Shown: one piece after another, positions 1 through 12,867 of the stretch | Numbering within the stretch: position 1 is the first letter of the stretch | Layout of the letters: every line of letters begins with the position of its first letter | Assembly: GCA_002633005.1 (NCBI GenBank) | Contig: NMRA01000013.1 | Location: 106,033-170,032 of the forward strand | Direction: 5' to 3' | Source: Phoronis australis | Taxonomy: Eukaryota; Animalia; Phoronida | DNA length: 64,000 nt | Program-made: the position numbers and the translations under genes | The notes under the pieces: model-generated | The model's input: the letters and a program-made list of their open reading frames with translations, nothing else | What the model was told of the DNA's origin: nothing | The model's database searches: none

Positions 1-618
1 AGTACATTTTAGTGATTTTGAACCACATGTTTGATTCGTTCTGTTAACAATTATCTCAACCTACGGCAAGTTGGGGTTAACCTGCAGTTTCTTTGTATCT
101 ACGCATGAGGTAACATAATTTTTAAGAAATTGTTGCAAGACAATGATAGCAGTCTTACTTAAATCAATCAAATCAATCAATATATAATGTTGCCGCACTT
201 CTGAGCAAGTTTTGCACGCTTACTTGCTCTACACACATTTCAAAGTAATCACAAGACAGTTCTCAGTAGAAAACAGACAAAAATTGAGTAAGAACTGCTT
301 AAGCTTTGTACAATCTGAGTAAGAACTTATGGACGATGTCGCATAAAAGGCATAATTATTTTGGCTACAATTACCTTTTTAACAAAGTCCCCAGCCCCTT
401 TCATCGAGAAGTTAAGACATTTCCAAAGCAAAATTTGGTAACTTAGGTCAGATGAAAGCCCCTCCTTGTTTGTTGTACTTGTACACCAAATTTCCCTCAA
501 TTGAAACACTCCATTAAACCTAACAGATCAACACAATGTACACACAGTGTGCAAGTCTTCAGTTCTTGGAGTACACTAGCTTTCAGCAATGAGAGCTCAA
601 TGACTGTCGAGTGTTTAC

Positions 619-3600
619 CTGTGAAACAATCAACTCCCAGTTGTACATTCGGACCCAGCCAGTCAGACACATGACGATGAGAAGGCCGTTGTGAGAGATC
701 ATGGCATCACACACGTTCGTGCCGAAAACCTACAACGTACGATAGTTACGTCAAATGATATCCACGACTTAATGCAACATGCACGAGTCTGAAAGGATAG
801 TGGTCTCCTAAATTCTGTTGAGAAAAATAAATTATCTCTCCCCTAGTGAAACTGTCAAAATTTATTCCCTTGATAAAAAACTAAAGTAAAAAAACACATG
901 ACTCTAACAGAGTAGTTTAAATTTATTTTTTGAGACAAGGTTCATTATAACCGTTTGCAGTAGATAAAAACACACTTTCAGACAACTTGTAATTTTGGCT
1001 TGACCAATTACAGTGAGGACATTGGTCTCAACTTAGTTACTGAAATTAGAGATGATATTTAGGCTTAGAAAGAGATGACAGATCATTTACTTGAGTCAAG
1101 ACTCAAAAAGTTGGCTTGTCAAGGCAGGCCAAAATATGCGCTTAGTTTCAATTAATGTCACTTCTTTCTAATTCAAAAATCACCTCTCAGCTGAGTACAG
1201 AACATGACAAGTCTCGTAGCAACAAGTGGTCTTAATTGAAAGCTCATTTCTTTGACAGAACACAGGTTTGAAGCAACTACTTTAAACCTGGATTATTAAT
1301 ACCTTATCTCGAATACTTCAGTTTGTCTTCTTAATTAAGACATGCGCACAATATATGTTGCGTCTTAATTTCTCGTTTTGCAATACTGGAGAGATTCTGT
1401 ACACAACACGATTTAATGCCAGAAAAACCACGGGTAATGCCAAAGTACCAAAAATAGTGTCTTTACCCTTCTGTCAATCTCGATGGCACCTGAAAATGTT
1501 GTAGGAAAGACACCAATAAGACAAAGAGCCATAAATACATTCTGTGTGGTGCGTATGGTGTCCTCAGCTACTGAGAGTCTGGTGGAGTGGTGGTGAGTTG
1601 ACTTGAGTAGAATAGAGTGGTCCTGTGATGACCAGGAAAGGTGTCTGTTGATGCAAGGAGATTAAAAGATGTAGAGAGACAAAACTTATATCAAGTCATT
1701 TATCAAGAGCATTAGAGCTGAAAAAACACTGTTCACAATTGGAGATTATCGAACATTTTGCCATTCACTTAATGCTAAAAATTATAAATCACAGAACTTC
1801 TGGAAACTCAGTAAAATATTTCCACAATGTCGCTGGGCCTACAAGCCCTTCTAATGGGGGTTGATGACTGATGGCTCTTGTGATAATTGCGTTGCCCTCA
1901 ACTGATGTTCTTTGATAACAACATGTCCAGGGCGCTGCAAGTCAAAGAACACTGAAACAGGATGACGGATTTTTCGCAGGAACCAGTCAGTCAACAATCC
2001 CGACTATAAGGGAGGCCCAGCAATGTTGGGAAAATATTTCAGAAGTTTTGTGCATTTTGTTTAGAGGTTCAAAAATGATAAAACTGCAGCCTATTCTATT
2101 TTTTGGCAGCACTTCCTAATTTGGCTGTTTCAATTTAATCCCACTAAATCCCTCATTTCTAACAAGAAGTTGAAACAAATAATCTCCACTTTGAAAGACT
2201 TAATCAGCATACTTTATGAATCCTCATTCAAGCAATAAGTCTGAACACAGTACAGTCTTTCAAATTTTACCAAGTGATTAAGAGGCTCAAAATAAAACCT
2301 CAACAGTTGTCCATTGCTTACACCAGAATACCACGGAACCTTTTAAATCAAAAGTCTTATTTTAGCATTTAAGATAATTATGCAATTACTTGAACTTATA
2401 TTTTGCGCTGAGATAAATTTCTTCCAAGAGATGACCATACTCTGCATCATAGCGCTGCAGCACATTGTGAGCAGTCAAGCAGTAGAGACTGTTGCGACAG
2501 CTCATCCGACCATGTCTTAAGGATTCCTATCAATAAACAATGATACCAATCAACATTATTAACACAGGTCACAAACCAATAAACACAGTATATTCTTTCA
2601 GGGCAGAGCTCGATTTGGTGACCTGCAGGTTGTCAATGTAACCTCAGATTTTGTTTGGCGAGCTAGTACAAATCCCAAGTTGCCATAAAACTTGTAACAC
2701 ATGCATCCAAGCATGCGCTTAAACTGGAAATAAACAGACGGGGACTGGAAACATACCGCAAAAATCGGAAGGGCCTCTTGATGAATCATGCATAGGTAAT
2801 GCGTGCCGATCACCTGCTTCTACTTTAGGAGGTCAGCCTGCATGGGATCTTAGGCCTGATGGGTAAATTGGTCATTATAGAGCATGTAAGAGATTCCTAT
2901 TACTCTGCTTACAGAATTTTTAGAGTCACTATTATACTACAATAAAGTGACTACACTGCGATATACAGAAGAACTACAACAAAAAAAAAGTATTTATGTA
3001 TTCTCCTTTAGTTAGCCTTTTTATCTTACAAAGAATGTTTTCTGTAATCTCTATGTCACCTTTTTTAAAATAAAAAAGTGAACAATAACAAGCAAGTCAA
3101 TTAAAAATTGACATAACTCGTAGTGACCTTTGTACTTTTTGTAACGACGCTCCTGAGACTGACAAGCATATTTTTGGGATTGAAATGGATTAGCAATGGC
3201 TAAATCAAATTTTTAATGATAATGCTATTATATTTACTCACAGCACTGTTTGCCGGTCTACATGATTCTGAGACAGTTTTTAGTGCACAATATAAATTTC
3301 TGCCGACTGGTTTCACCCTAACAACTAATTGCTAACACTTAAATGCAAAAGGTATGCACTACCATTTTAAGGTAATCCAATATGCATCCAATCCTCGTAA
3401 GTAAAACGGTATTTCTTCACTTATTTCGCATTCACCTCATTTCGAAGACCACAAACCATTTAGAGGACAAGATGGCAATAAATAACACCATCAAACGCAT
3501 GAGTGAATCTTTAGCAAGTAGTTTTTAAGTGGCTAAAGTGATGAGTGTCTTCTCTCATTGCACAACTATATTAACCAATTCGGCAGTCACCTGTGCCTAA

Positions 3601-6600
3601 CAGAAAGCTTTTTCATTGTAGCACGTGTCTCAGCAGTCACGGAATAATTAGAATGTCTTTTGCAATCTTTCATTTTAACCAGAGTACCAACTGTCAACCT
3701 GCAACCAACCTACCACGTCTCTAAGTAAGTGATCATCTTATACTGTGACAGTAATTCCTCTAGAGACCAATGACAAACCTATTGTCCAGTACTAACTGTC
3801 AAAGTGCAAAGACCAACTAACCAGTGAGTTGCAGTGACCATAGAGGGCGTCTTCAATCTGATGCCCACGTGGACACGCAGGGAGCTTGAACAGGCTAGCA
3901 GGCTGTCCGTTAGGGCCATGGCTGGAAAAAAATGATGATTTACTGTGTTGGAAAGGGCTCAGGAGTTGAGAAACATTAAACCCAGGGGTCAAGAAACATT
4001 CAATCAAAGGCTCGAGAACCAATCAACCCATGTTAAACATAATATGAATTCTCAACATAATGTCGAAGTACAAATTCCTCCATGAAATACTTTTGATGCT
4101 AGAAAATTGAAAGCAAACAAAATAGTTTCCAGATGCTGTAACTGCGCCCAGAGAATATTAACATATAGATGGCGCCATCGTTGGTGAGCGCAGAGGGCCA
4201 CCCTATTGTTTCATTATGATCTAGCTTGCAATTATAATTATAGACAATAACCATCAAGTACTTCAATCCGTGTTATTCAGTGATGACGAGTGATTATGGT
4301 ACGAAATGAAAAATGAGAGAAAGAATAAATAACAGAAATAACTGGCCGACAGTCAAGTTTTAACAAGCAGAACTAAACTATCAAGATAAACGTTCTGCAA
4401 ACAAGACATTGAAAATTACACAAACTTCAGTGGTTGCCAATGGTGTCGTCATCTATATATTCGTCTGCTGAGTTTAATAACTAGGAACTAGAAAACTTCA
4501 GTAATTCCAATTTTATGTCCACTATTTCTTCCAACCTACCTTACCATGCAGTGCCTGTTTTTGTCAAAGAACAGCTTGCCCCTAAAAATGAACCAACAGA
4601 ACGTTAAAAAGATGGACATTAATGTGCAACTTGAAAAAGAAAGAAGATACAGTACTTTTACAACTGGAAAATGGACGACCTATCACTTCTGTGAAATTTC
4701 AACAAGAACCAGAGCACCGCAAAGCGTTGAAATATGCCTACAACTACAATACAAGCGGTCTCCTTTTAGGAGTGTGCTGGTGTTTTTTCACCACATAGCT
4801 TTGGAAAAAATTTGCCAAATCGTTTCGCCAAACATGGATGGACGAAGAATTTCTTGTAGAAAACTAAAATGGCCAACAGGCGATGTCACAGTAGTAAATC
4901 TGTTCAAAAATCAAATGATGCTGCAGTATTCCCACTATATAGCAGAAATATGCAAGTCAGGCTTTGGAACAATGCACCAAGTCATTTCACCAATTAAATG
5001 GACAGACAATGTCTGAATTCTTTGTAGAAAACTAAATTAGCCTACTAGGGTGCTTTGAAAATTGAACAAATCATCTCGTGCGTACCACTACCATATAACT
5101 GTGCTAAAATTCATTGTAAACTGTTAATCAGTTTTTGAGATAATCAACAGAATACCAAAGGCATGGACAGAAAGGATGTCAACTACATCTGAGCACAAAA
5201 TTTCCATGGATGTCTGAAAATGACAGTGGATAATTAAAACAGTGAACTGGAATGCCTTTTCACATGCTTTAAAGGTTTCCACAAATTCCACCTCTATGTA
5301 TGAAAATGAAAAGTACTTCAAAGTAACGTGATTTTGATGGTTTGGCCAGACTGAGGGATACCGCAGAATAGTCTCTGGAGTACGATGTGACACCATTACT
5401 GCAGCTGGGCTTGCGCTAGCCATTGGCAAATTCTGACCAGCACTGGCGATGTTGGAGCTAACTAGTCCATTCACCATAGCAACCAAATGTTCCATTTCAT
5501 ATCTGTCATTCTGTCACCCCCCTGAAATCACTACTTTGCTGCAACAAAATTTTCAACTATGTTGGGGATGCCAGCACTCTTAGTAATGGCGATTCCGCGT
5601 TTCATAGTGAGATCTCATGTAGGTGCTGACAGTTGTCGTATGCAAGTGACAATGTCAAAACGGCCGCGGCCAAAAGAAAGCAAGGTGAGGTAAATGTCAA
5701 TTTGTTACTTAATGTTACTATATTAACCACTTTGCATGATTTAGCTTTATTTTGCAAGCCAAAAGATATGTTAAAGATTTTGGACCAAAATGTCTTGCTC
5801 ATCAAAATGCCCATGTGGCTGGCGTTCCACCGCCCTAACCCGGGGATAGATGGGGAATCCATGCCCATTTTTTACGTCCACATCAATGAAATGCATAACC
5901 TTGGGATAGGGGGAACCTCTGCCCTATTTTTAGGTCAACGTCATGCCCACGTTGCCGGCATACCCCCGCCGTAACCCAGTGATAGGGTGAAAGTATTTGG
6001 CTAATAATCTTTGAAAATGGCTTAAAAGTTTTCATATGCTTTAGCCACTTTGACTAATACCTTAAAAGTCTAACACGAGTCTAGCACTGGGCCACAGGTT
6101 GGGTATAGTATACAGGCAAGGTCTGCGGTTTAACTCAGTACATGCTATGGCACAACAACTGACATTTACCCTTCATACGTGATGGGATGCTTGGAATGAT
6201 GTTCGCTAACTTGGACGAACTTAGCTTTTTCCTGGAAGATAAAAAGTCATCAGTAAGCGTAACGGCACCCATGTTGGGAGCACATGACGTCCTTTAAACC
6301 AGATTCCATCATCACAATGAGTTTTATCCACATGCCTGGGCCGAGCTTCTAACTGTGAACTATAGTGAAGCAGTGTAATTAGCGAATAATTAGAACTATT
6401 TTCCAGTGAATAGCTGAAGGCTTGGGCTTTTGTTTATCTAAAAGTGTGGCTTAAATTAGGATTTGTCTTAAAGCTAAGTCAGTTTTCTTTGAATGGGCCC
6501 CTGGTCAGGTCCTAGACATCATTAGCTTTTGATTGTCCCCAATTGCAAATGAACTATATATAAAATACTACTAATACTAAGCCTATGCTAAGGACGCCTG

Positions 6601-7010
6601 TGGTCAGGCCTGGTTTGTAATCAAATCAGTGCCAGTCACATTCACTTGCATTGGTGGTTGAACTTTTGCAGAAAGAATTCCTAGTTCAGAGTTCGTACCA
6701 GTCAATTTATGGCCAAGGCATGGGGAATATAATAAATGGAATTGATGAGTAGAAACAAAAATATGAAACATTGACCAGAATGTAGTAGGCCTACAGTCAG
6801 TGACGACGAAGTCGAAGCTCGGGCGAAGGCGATTGGGCCTGGGTCTGGGAATCCACAATGAAAAATTAAGTCAATTTATCAAAAGCTTACATCACAAATG
6901 ATATTTCTCATGATGGAAAGATTTCTGCGATAGCACGACCCAGAAGTATATTCTCTTTCCTGCAAAGAACGAGTGACATTTTGCTTGCTCACTTGCAACA
7001 AAATCTTCAT
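619..7010 (-). CDS. DCAF17: DDB1- and CUL4-associated factor 17, 5' part (7 exons; gene continues beyond the left edge)
   Basis: Phase-consistent GT-AG exons in transcription order: 6891-7010 MKILLQVSKQNVTRSLQEREYTSGSCYRRNLSIMRNIICD; 6170-6231 EKAKFVQVSEHHSKHPITYE; 4540-4581 GKLFFDKNRHCMV; 3822-3921 HGPNGQPASLFKLPACPRGHQIEDALYGHCNSL; 2390-2526 ...SLYCLTAHNVLQRYDAEYGHLLEEIYLSAKYKF; 1467-1644 HLSWSSQDHSILLKS...FSGAIEIDRR; 619-729 VFGTNVCDAMISHNGLLIVMCLTGWVRMYNWELIVSQ. Colinear with vertebrate DCAF17 motifs as recalled (NLGILRALVC, GRIYFDNY, KIEDAL, LTAHN, LEKIYL, IFGNVTDATLSHGILIVM). Confidence 0.9.
1795..2050. mobile_element. Degenerate foldback MITE in a DCAF17 intron
   Basis: Imperfect inverted arms: aaaatatttccac..gctgggcct versus aggcccagc..gggaaaatattt, and ttgatgactgatggctcttg versus caggaaccagtcagtcaacaa. 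Confidence 0.6.
4163..4458. mobile_element. Possible small MITE
   Basis: Imperfect terminal inverted repeat atatagatggcgccatcgttgg ... ccaatggtgtcgtcatctatat. Confidence 0.4.
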
Positions 7011-10000
7011 CTGAGATCCAGGAACACGCTTTAAAAGAACGACATCTATTGACCAAAAAGTCCCAAACAATGTGCGTAAATTTATCTCAAGATTAAGCGG
7101 GAGTGCGTATTGCGTGAACTTTTGAGGAAACTTGACAAGTTCACTCAAATAATCGCGTTCGCGGTGGCGGGTATTGAAAAACCATTCCGGCTAAATACCC
7201 GAAAAGTCCGCGTCAACATTTCGGGAAATAATCACATTAATCCAGGTCATCTATCTGGTCGTAAATCAAGACCACGGGCAATTTCTATCTATTATCTGCC
7301 GCAGGGTTATATAATGTTCAGTGTGCAAGTGTTTATATGCTGAATTTTATAGAGCAGGGCGAGTTGCAATGAAAAAGTTGGTAGAAATTATGTATAATTC
7401 ACGGTTTTAGTGCCAGTGACATGTATTTATTCGGCTGACAGGCATTTATGTGTACTATAACTTTCGTATTCATTGACGGTGACATGTAGGCCCTATACAT
7501 TTATTAATGACAGGCACTTACATTTTTGTAGGCCTATAGCCTATGTTTTGTTTAGTATTAGACTGAGATATGTGGTGCATACTTTTTCACTAACAGAAGA
7601 CGCTGTGTAGATCAGTTTATTGTTTTTGTGGGAATACATGTGACATGATCATGTTCTTGTTACTCCGTAGCTCAATAAAATTGGTTCATAAGTTGTCCTT
7701 GAGCTTTGATTTTTTGCTTTTTGAATCACCAGCTGTAACAGTGTTGTGTCTGTTAGGAATTCCCAAAAAATAAGGGTACATATACGCCAACCCAAATCTA
7801 CGCCTATGTGCGTATTTTCGGATTCTTTTCCAAAAGTACGCCCAAGGAGGCCCGGCAGTAACCAGTCTTGAATGTTTTGAAAATCTGATGGATTTTCTCA
7901 AATACGTATGACTGTACTATGTTTTGACGTAAAAGTTTGTTTTTTGACAAGATATAATATTTTGGGATTGCAATTTCACTCGAATGCCGGACTCATATCA
8001 TTTAACTAGATATTTAGTGACTTTGCTGGAACTGCACTATAACTCAGTTTTTGCACATTCAGGAGTACAGTTTTAGTGACAGTTTCCAAAAACACACCCT
8101 GCCCCCCTCTTTTTCCGTACGTGAATACGCCGGGCCAGGCATGTATTCGGTACGTGTCATTTGATCCATTTTTGAAAGGTTGTTTTCCGAATAACCCGAA
8201 TTTCGGAATGAATTCCCGGTAGGCCTAGTATACCCTTTGACCCTGGTTTAAGTAATGAGTAACTGGCTTTGAAAATAGTCCCTGTTATGACACCAGCCCC
8301 AACACTAGCTAAGTTTCTTCCTTTAGTGGCGCCAGTCATGCGACGTGGCTATAAAAAGGCCGTGTGCATCCGAATAGTATGTGAAACTGCACCTGAATCA
8401 GGAATGAGTAAATGCACAAATCTTCGTCACGCCGTTTTGCAAACTTTAGGCCAAGGCAATGACGCATCAACAATGTCGGGGAATACTTGACGCGACGCTT
8501 GGATGTGCTTTTATATGCACTGGCCAAAACGATCCATCACTGGAAATGAACAAAATAAACAAAAGTTCAATTTCTGTGCCTTGTGGCTAATGGCAGTGTT
8601 CATGATACCTCGTTGGACTCACGGTGGCTTGAATCTCATTTTAATCATGACTGCCTTCACATACAAGGATTTTCACGAGTGCTTACGGATCACCAACTGA
8701 ACTCGTATCCGATGGCAACCATTCGTTAATAACTATCGCAACAACTCGCAGACGTTCCGAAAAACGAGAGCCAAGTTTTTTGTCAAAAATCTTCTAGCCG
8801 TAGCGATAGCGTATAGTCCACGGATTGATTCGTCTTTATTGCTGTAAATACATCCTAATAACCCATAAATACAGTAAATAACTCGCAAATCGGACAAGTC
8901 GATGAAGTACCACAAAATTTTTCATATTAGTAAGGACTGGTAAGAAAAATCCAGTACTGATGTAAAGGGGGTGTACGTGGGAGACTGTTCTATGTTAAGT
9001 AGGCCTACACGTGAAATGCGTGATCGGCGGACGAAATTGACTGACGACACAGGACGTAAAAACTTGTTAAACTCGCCGCTGGTTTCTGAGTTAAATGCGA
9101 GGACTACCGCGACAAAAGCCAAGGAAAATGAAAGATGTCGACTGACTGTACGCTACCCACGAAAATGACAAAATCGATTTTCGCTGAAAAGATCTGTTAA
9201 ACCCACTCTCTGAAACGGCTGCCAAACACAAAGTTGTGACTGTTTCAGAATGTCGAGAGTTTGTTAATTTAGCGGACTCGACTTTTGTCTTCTCAAAACG
9301 AATCGAAAGTACAGCTTCAAGTTTTGCTGCTCCGTTCTTGCGGCGTTCGCGATCTCAACGTTCAGGGTGACCAGGCGCGATTCGACTCCTGCGCCTGTTG
9401 TGTACCTCACTGACAGGTGCCCACAAAAGCGATCTCCCGAGGTGATCACAAAGCAACCGACAAACACTAAAATCATATGGGGTTTACCCGGTTTGCTAGT
9501 AGCTGGCAATCTTTCATTTTCAGCGAAAAGTATTCTTAGTTTAGTCCTATCTAAGCATAAGAGGTAATCGAAATTGTACACCGGGTAATACGAGTTAATT
9601 TCGGCCTGCCAAGGCGGTCCCAACTCTCGGAGGGGATTGCCTTCGCACTCCCACTGCTACTGGCATGGGAATGTGCTCATGCAAATTCTAAAAAAATACA
9701 TTTGGTTGGAGACAGTAGTCTTGGCTTTGGAAGGGCTGGGCCTCTTACTCACTCCCGCCCACAGGTGTAGTCAGAAATAGCCCACGAGAGGGAGAGCCCA
9801 GGGACAAACGCGAAGTTTATGGGGAATAAAAGGGGGGAGGGGGGCGCTGATGAGCGAGTGGAGGTACTTACTTTGAAGTGAACAAGGGGCCAAAAGCAAA
9901 AATGAAACGTTTGGAACAGGAGATGAACTTTTTACACTGAACAGGGGGCATGATCCGTTCGTGCCACTTGTGGCTACGCTGAGCCCCCTGTCATGTAAAA

Positions 10001-12867
10001 AGCAATACATATACAAACGTCCAGATGGGTCACGTTGAGAATTTAATAATATTTGATTCAATATTTGGTTCTGTACATGTACAACCTCACCTAACTACTA
10101 CTACTACTAATAATAATAAAAACTTATATCACAGTTTTGGTAAAGAATTTAGTGAGCTTTGACAGTTTTGCTCATGTATTTTGTTTAAAATAACAGCACA
10201 AAACAGTAGTAACTTCATATTAAAGAGTCAACTTTTATTCTAAAACCAGTGAAGGTAAATTGGTTATAAATTTGCACTTCCAACGAAGTCAACAACACTT
10301 AGTCATGTTTTGATAAGTTCTCAGAGCTGACTGATAAAGGCATATTCTGACACTAATACTTTCAACTTAAGGAATTGTGAGAAAATAAAGACTCAGAGAG
10401 CACAGCAGCTAGATGGAAGGTAGGTTTTGAGCTGTAGGTGACAGATACATAAATAAGGGAATGTTCAGGAATCTACTCAACACCAGTCAACACCAGAAAC
10501 ACATAGATTACAGTGACATCTTTAGTTCGGAAATGTTAACTAATGCACAACACTAGACAATTTTTAAATGATAAAAACATTTTTCTTAGTAATGAAAAAT
10601 CTTCTGTATATGAATAATCCCAAAAGGGGCTTGGTAAATAAAAAGATACAATATGCAATCAAACCAAACCACTAACCTAGGACATCTATTTTAGGACAAT
10701 CACAAACTACCCAAAAGCAATGATAGAAGCGAACAGACAATCAAGCAAATAAAAAAATCAATTACATGACATCCATAAAATATGCAAAACAATTCAATCC
10801 TATAGGGACCTAATTAACAGGCAAGAGATTGTTACTATGCCAACCTAAAAGCAAACATAATACAAAGAGAATACAACAGTCAGATAATGCCTAACATACA
10901 ACTTGGATCAATAACTATTAATAATAATCTCAGTAGATAAGTTTAGCTGTAAATTAGCATTCGTGTAAGTTGGCAGCAAAGTTTCTTTGAGGCAAGTGTT
11001 ATTGAGCACCAGCGAGAGCGATGCTGTGCACCTCATGCTATTGGAAGTATTGATCATTAAATTTGGGAGCTAGAGTCCGAACCACCAAAACAGGGGACAA
11101 GCATGCTTAGTCTCTTGTACTTGTACTATTGTAGTACCTGATAAGGATCTCTACACAATAGTAGTTTTAACACCTTCTTAAAAATTTCACACCGATTGTT
11201 TTAGATTTCTCTCATCTGAAAATAATGGATCTGTCATATCGAATACTGTACATCATGTATTCACATATTTATGTTCCCTTTGCTTTTGCAGTGGATATTA
11301 GGTACCTGCTGCAAGGCCTACCTATTATACCTCTACACAAGAGTGTGTCATTTTCAACTTGGGAGAGGACTCCGAGGAAGCTAAAATTGGCAGGTACCAG
11401 TATTGTGTTCAATATCACTTACATCAGCTGTCATTAAGAGTTAGTGTTTCATAACACAATCACAGTAGGCAGAAGACTCAGAAACTGGATATCCACAATT
11501 ATAGCCTCCATCATAGACCACTGCTAAGAAACAGAGTGCGTTATCAAGTGTCTCAAGCTCCATTCACAGTACGGTAAATCTTCAACTCATTTAGCACACT
11601 CACTCACTTCGCATACTCAAAATTATTTGAAAATAATATTTTATACCTCATTTATTTTACACAAGGCTACACGACTGGGTTTTTTTGTCAAACCTAATTC
11701 ACACATGGTCAATTTCGCAGGGAAAGCCCTATGATTAGTTGAAGTAATACACACCATCGCGTTAATAAGGTCCGATCATTGTCTGTTCATCACCTCATTA
11801 ATCTATGTGAGATACCTGGTACTGTTGCAAACAGGAGGTGAGATGGGTGACTTACTGTAAAAATTCTCCAATTTGGGACTGTAAAAACTAAATTATTTTG
11901 CTCAAGGTCGGAGCTTGTCACGAATTCTAGAAATAGGCAAAAATTGGCCATCACAAATTCAAGAATCACCGAAAATATGGCAAAATTTCCCACATAGTGG
12001 ACATTGTCCCAAATTCCAGAATCAAGAAAATTCCACTTTTGTGAGTTTCCAAGTCAAAAATTCACAAGACTGTCCCATATTAAAGACTTTTTACTGAGTG
12101 TTCTGTGGCCCACAGGAATTTGCTCAACTGAGTGTCTCACAAACAATCTGGATGAAGTACTCAAACATTGGAACAGGATATAGTGACTCAATTACATGTT
12201 AACTGCAAATCATGGGCCACATTTCACAAAATTTGCACATGGACAGTTGGTGTCAGAGCCTCAGTGGAGACTTCTACAGGCAGAAATGTCAGAGCGCCAT
12301 AGAAGACAACTGCATTTAAGGCAAGATGAATAGACACAATGGGTGTACACAAGGCAAATTTTAAGAAACTAAAGGCACATACTTGGGGAAAATGAATAAA
12401 TGAGTGCTCAAGCTTTTCCCAGTTTCAAAACAAATGTGTGCCAAAAGTTTAACAAATTATGTTAAAAATTAGTGCCAACACAAGATATTAAAGAAGAGAA
12501 TGCTATGGAAATTTTCCATTGAAGCATCAAATACACTTGGTATTGAAAGTAGTGTAAAGTTTTTACCTCGGAAATATGATTTATCAAATACACGCACAAG
12601 GCAAATGTAGGGAAATCTCCACTAAGATGCAACGGATCAAAACAAGACAACGCCCATTGCTTAAATCACAGACGAAGTTCCACCAATGTTGTTATTGGGG
12701 CTTTCCACAACATATTAAGTTCAAAAAACATGTAAAAATTTAGCTTATCTCAAACAAATCGATAACAACTGGGGATTGCTTTAAATTTGTAACAAGTTTC
12801 CAACACTATACCACAATGTACCAAGTCATCGTGCACTAAAAGGCAACAGACTGGTCAAAGCGATTCG

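Noticed and set aside
327-520. ORF with AG/GT-like ends as the next DCAF17 exon
   Set aside because: Phase 0 from the acceptor hits an immediate stop, and the open frame shows no DCAF17 similarity.
4546-5974. ORFs of 88-156 aa inside DCAF17 introns
   Set aside because: No recognisable motifs; antisense or intronic to a well-supported gene.
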